A stretch of 64,000 bases of DNA. Origin: Bdellovibrionales bacterium (GTDB taxonomy: Bacteria > Bdellovibrionota > Bdellovibrionia > Bdellovibrionales > CAYMLA01). The notes beneath the pieces are model-generated. The model was not told the DNA's origin and did no database searches. It saw nothing but the letters and a program-made list of their open reading frames with translations. Made by a program: the position numbers and the translations under genes. The stretch is taken from the NCBI GenBank assembly GCA_965217115.1, contig OZ244239.1, positions 1,152,001 to 1,216,000 on the forward strand. The letters run 5' to 3'. Shown here piece by piece: positions 60,290 through 64,000 of this stretch (positions within the stretch are counted from its first letter, which is position 1; every line of letters starts with the position of its first letter).

Positions 60290-60331
60290 AAGTCTAGTCA
60301 TCGGCCCCCACCATGACTAGACTTTTTTTTT
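60290..60331 (+). terminator. Intrinsic terminator between convergent genes
   Basis: AAGTCTAGTCAT...ATGACTAGACTT 12-bp stem followed by a T run. Confidence 0.75.
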
Positions 60332-60347
60332 GCTTTTAAAGAACGCC

Positions 60348-61613
60348 TTATTGGGAAACCCGTTTCACCTTCGCTCCAAGAGAGGCTAACTTTTTCTCTA
60401 ACTTCTCATAGCCTCGATCAAGATGATAAACACGACTGATCACTGTCTCTCCTCGAGCTGCTAAACCAGCTAAAACCAAACTTGCACTTGCACGTAGGTC
60501 CGTCGCCATCACTGGCGCCCCCGATAAAAAGCCTCCCCTTCCACGAACCACTGCCACCTGTGTTCGTGGAGTAATCTCAGCTCCCATGCGAATTAACTCT
60601 TGAACATGCATGAAACGATTTTCAAAAACTGTTTCGGCAATAACACTTGTTCCCTCTGCCACAGTCATTAATGCCATAAACTGGGCTTGCAAATCCGTAG
60701 GAAACAAAGGATGGGGATACGTAGATATATCAACTCCCTTCCAACAAGTCGCAGGTAAGACCTCAATCCAATCATCTCCTAAATTAAGAGTAAAACCAGC
60801 ATCTCTTAATTTCTGTATCAATGCTTCTAAATCCCTTGGAATACACCTCGATACCTTTACCCGTCCCTTGCTAATAGCTCCAGCAATCAATAGTGTTCCC
60901 GCCTCAATGCGATCAGGCAATACGTGATGACTTGAGGGAAAAAGTTCGTTAACTCCCTCGACTTCGATAACACTTGTGCCCGCTCCCTTTATCTGCGCTC
61001 CCATCTTGGAAAGGTAACAAACTAAATCGACCACTTCTGGCTCTTTAGCTGCGTTTTCTATAATTGTTTTACCTTTGGCTAACGTTGCCGCCATCAAAAG
61101 GTTCTCTGTACCGCCCACTGTGACTTGATCAAAAAGAATTGTCGTTCCTACTAACTCCTTAGCTTTAGCATGAACATAGCCACTCTTTACCTCTATCTCC
61201 GCACCCATCTCTTTTAAAACATCTAAGTGTAAATTGATCGGACGAGTTCCGATAGCACACCCACCTGGCAAGCTCACCTGGGCCTCTCCATAGCGAGCTA
61301 ACAATGGACCTAAACATAAAATGCTTGCACGCATTTTTCGCACAAGCTCATAATTTGCTAAAATTTTTTTTGGCCGCTGAACATCAACAACAACTCGCTG
61401 ACTCTCTCCCTGTCTCTCTAAAACAGCTCCCAGGTCAGCCAGTAAATTTTGAGTTGAATCAATATCACGCAAACAAGGGACATTGGTAAACTCGTGCCGT
61501 CCATCAGCTAAAAGGGTTGAAAATAACAACGGCAGGGCTGCGTTTTTTGCTCCACTGGTTTGCACCGTTCCTGTTAAAGCAACTCCACCTTCCACAATAA
61601 TCTGATCCATCAT
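60348..61613 (-). CDS. murA: UDP-N-acetylglucosamine 1-carboxyvinyltransferase
   Basis: GAKNAALP, MRASI, LPGGCAIGTRP, FPTDLQAQ, HLDRGYE. Confidence 0.98.
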   Translation of the reverse strand: MMDQIIVEGGVALTGTVQTSGAKNAALPLLFSTLLADGRHEFTNVPCLRDIDSTQNLLADLGAVLERQGESQRVVVDVQRPKKILANYELVRKMRASILCLGPLLARYGEAQVSLPGGCAIGTRPINLHLDVLKEMGAEIEVKSGYVHAKAKELVGTTILFDQVTVGGTENLLMAATLAKGKTIIENAAKEPEVVDLVCYLSKMGAQIKGAGTSVIEVEGVNELFPSSHHVLPDRIEAGTLLIAGAISKGRVKVSRCIPRDLEALIQKLRDAGFTLNLGDDWIEVLPATCWKGVDISTYPHPLFPTDLQAQFMALMTVAEGTSVIAETVFENRFMHVQELIRMGAEITPRTQVAVVRGRGGFLSGAPVMATDLRASASLVLAGLAARGETVISRVYHLDRGYEKLEKKLASLGAKVKRVSQ

Positions 61614-62479
61614 TTCACCCTAACTTTTAAAACACGATCCTTAAATGCCAAGTCTTTTAATATTTCCACAGTTTCCACACATGCTAAATGATTAAAATGC
61701 TCTAATAACACCTTTCCCTGACGATGACCAAATTCCATCAGCAACAACCCCCCTCGCGGCAAAACTTCCAATGCTCTGTCTCCCCATTGTTTTAAATGAA
61801 AAAATCCCTCTTCTGAAGAAAACAACGCTGCACTAGGTTCAAAATCTCTAACTCCTGCCGACAACTCATTGTCATTACGATCTATGTAGGGAGGATTTGT
61901 GACAATTATTTCTGGGGTTCCAAATTTTGCCCAACCCTCTCCACCAAAATCTTCACTAAGATCACAACAACGCCACCGAACCCTGTTCTCGACACCTAAC
62001 ATCTCTGCATTTGTGCGAGCTACATTTATTGCCTCTGAGGAAAAGTCAAAACCTTGAAGCTTCAAATTTTTTTTCTCTTTGATGATACTAAGCCCGACGC
62101 AGCCACTTCCGCTCCCTAAATCCCAAATTTCACCCGTTGTGACCTTTTTCTCTTCCAGCCACTTAATCGCCTCTTCAACTAGCAACTCTGTATCTGGTCG
62201 AGGAATTAAAACCTCTGGATTCACATTAAAACTGTGACGAAAAAAACCTTTCTGCCCTGTAATATAAGCAACAGGTTCACCCTTTCCTCGACGCACAATC
62301 AATTCGCGACAAGTTTGTATCTCTTCTTCATTCAGTGGATAATCATAATTCATGTAGATATCCATCCTCGAACACTTCAAACCATGGGAAAGCAGGAGCT
62401 CCGCATCCAGACGAGCGCTATCAATGCCTCTTGCCATTAAAAAATCCGTGCTCTTCTGTAAAGTACTCTCTAATTTCAC
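61610..62479 (-). CDS. prmC: Release factor glutamine methyltransferase
   Basis: LIPRPDTE, DLGSGSG, NPPY; downstream of prfA. Confidence 0.96.
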   Translation of the reverse strand: MKLESTLQKSTDFLMARGIDSARLDAELLLSHGLKCSRMDIYMNYDYPLNEEEIQTCRELIVRRGKGEPVAYITGQKGFFRHSFNVNPEVLIPRPDTELLVEEAIKWLEEKKVTTGEIWDLGSGSGCVGLSIIKEKKNLKLQGFDFSSEAINVARTNAEMLGVENRVRWRCCDLSEDFGGEGWAKFGTPEIIVTNPPYIDRNDNELSAGVRDFEPSAALFSSEEGFFHLKQWGDRALEVLPRGGLLLMEFGHRQGKVLLEHFNHLACVETVEILKDLAFKDRVLKVRVK

Positions 62480-62481
62480 GA

Positions 62482-63552
62482 CTAACCACTCTGTCGCTTA
62501 AGCTGCTCAGCTTGAAAATAGGCAATAAGCGGATCAATCACCTGCTCAAACCCCCCTCCCATTACTTCATCCAACGAATGAATTGTTAAACCAATGCGAT
62601 GGTCCGTCACCCGAGATTGTGGGAAATTATAAGTGCGAATTCTCTCTGAACGATCCCCCGTTCCTACCTGAGAAGATCTTTTATCAGACATTTCTTTGTG
62701 AGCCTTTTCCTTTTCGTGGGCTAATATTCTCGAATACAAAATTTTCATTGCCAACTCTTTGTTCGCCACTTGTGAACGCCCATCCTGACAAGCAACGACG
62801 GTTCCAGATGGAACATGGGTTATACGTACCGCCGAATCCGTTGTGTTCACATGCTGTCCACCTGCTCCACTCGCACGAAAAACATCAATCTGTAGATCTT
62901 TTTTTTCAATTTTAACATCAACTTCTTCAGCCTGAGGCAGAACAGCCACCGTCACCGTAGATGTGTGTACTCTTCCCTGAGACTCTGTCTTTGGTACTCG
63001 TTGCACTCGATGGACGCCAATCTCATACTTAAGCTTACTATAGACATTTTCCCCTGAAATGCTCACAGAGACTTCTTTATTACCACCAGCATTGCCAAGA
63101 GACAAAGACATCATTTCCATCTTCCAGCCTTGAGAAGAAGAAAAATAAGAATACCCCTTCAACAACTCCTCAGCAAAGAGACAAGATTCATCTCCCCCTG
63201 CTCCTGCACGAATCTCTAAAATAATATCCTTGCCATCACTGGGGTCTTTGGGGAGAAGTAACAATTTCAACTCTTGTTCCAATTCCCTTTTTTTAATTTC
63301 TAATAATTGATTTTCCTCTTTAACCATAGAGCGGAGGTCTTCATCCTTCTCAGTGCCAAGCAATTCTTTATTTTCTCCCAACTCTTGGTTTATTTTTTTA
63401 TAACGTCGATAGGACTCCACAACTTTTTCTGTTTCAGCCAAATCCTGCATCAAACTGCGATAACGAGTTTGATTATTAGCCACGTCTGGATTTTGTAATT
63501 GCACACCCAGCTCTTCGTGTTTTTTTTCAACAGCATCTAACTTTTTAAACAT
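62482..63552 (-). CDS. prfA: Peptide chain release factor 1
   Basis: PKT specificity motif, GAGGQHVN, RTYNFPQ. Confidence 0.98.
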   Translation of the reverse strand: MFKKLDAVEKKHEELGVQLQNPDVANNQTRYRSLMQDLAETEKVVESYRRYKKINQELGENKELLGTEKDEDLRSMVKEENQLLEIKKRELEQELKLLLLPKDPSDGKDIILEIRAGAGGDESCLFAEELLKGYSYFSSSQGWKMEMMSLSLGNAGGNKEVSVSISGENVYSKLKYEIGVHRVQRVPKTESQGRVHTSTVTVAVLPQAEEVDVKIEKKDLQIDVFRASGAGGQHVNTTDSAVRITHVPSGTVVACQDGRSQVANKELAMKILYSRILAHEKEKAHKEMSDKRSSQVGTGDRSERIRTYNFPQSRVTDHRIGLTIHSLDEVMGGGFEQVIDPLIAYFQAEQLKRQSG

Positions 63553-63571
63553 TTTAAAAAACCCATTATAT

Positions 63572-63601
63572 AAAAAAACGGCTCCCTAATAAGAAGCCGT
63601 T
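63572..63601 (-). terminator. Intrinsic terminator after rpmE
   Basis: Minus strand AACGGCTTC-ttattag-GGAGCCGTT followed by a T run. Confidence 0.6.
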
Positions 63602-63666
63602 CGTGTTTCATCTTAAACTAAATCCTTGAAAGGGAATACTTCAATAAACTCTCTATAAAACAATCT

Positions 63667-63927
63667 CTATTTTTTTGAGCGAAGAGTCTTTGCGTATTTC
63701 TTACGAAAACGATCCACACGTCCTTCAGAATCAAGCAGCTTCTGTTTGCCTGTGTAGAAAGGGTGTGACCCACTAGATACCTCAATCTTAATCAATGGGT
63801 ACTCATTTCCGTCTTCCCACTTCATTGTCTCTTTAGATGACATTGTCGATTTTGTTAGCATAGCAAAATCAGAAGACAAATCTTTAAAAATAACACTGTT
63901 AAACTGAGGATGTGTATCCTTCTTCAT
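63667..63927 (-). CDS. rpmE: 50S ribosomal protein L31, type B (Zn-independent)
   Basis: MKKDTHP...[10 protein letters not shown]...GRVDRF; 86 aa, no Cys. Confidence 0.95.
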   Translation of the reverse strand: MKKDTHPQFNSVIFKDLSSDFAMLTKSTMSSKETMKWEDGNEYPLIKIEVSSGSHPFYTGKQKLLDSEGRVDRFRKKYAKTLRSKK

Positions 63928-64000
63928 AATTACCTCTTCTCCGCGGGGATCTGAATATATACACTATACATCGCTCAACCCCATGTTTTTACTTTTCTAA

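Overview
Bacterial chromosome segment, very likely from a Bdellovibrionota predator (inferred from gene order and content). Left arm (1-20.4 kb): ferredoxin, DnaQ-like exonuclease, nadE, a Tad/Flp pilus locus, an RHS/YD-repeat protein followed by two small secreted peptides (the layout of the Bdellovibrio 'hit' locus), a receiver-domain protein and groES-groEL. Right arm (54.7-64 kb): tRNA-Ser(TGA), serS, a GYF-TPR protein, murA, prmC, prfA, rpmE. Between them is a ~34 kb AT-richer genomic island, bounded by a 23-bp direct repeat of the tRNA-Ser 3' end (20395-20417 and 54708-54730). It has no recognisable integrase and carries several IS3 and IS1595 scars. The island encodes an unusual surface-glycan tailoring set: ugd, uxs-like and galE sugar-nucleotide enzymes, six GT2 glycosyltransferases (two with radical-SAM-like N-termini), a further GT-like protein, a twitch-type radical SAM, a GT-C membrane transferase, three minor pilins, an HTTM gene pair, two membrane-fused spermidine-synthase-like proteins, and an operon joining a sulfotransferase-like protein, a PP-loop enzyme, a nicotianamine-synthase-like enzyme, an epimerase and a DegT aminotransferase. 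This island is the best candidate for an undescribed system (pilin or surface-glycan hypermodification). All family calls come from reading motifs by eye; no database search was run.
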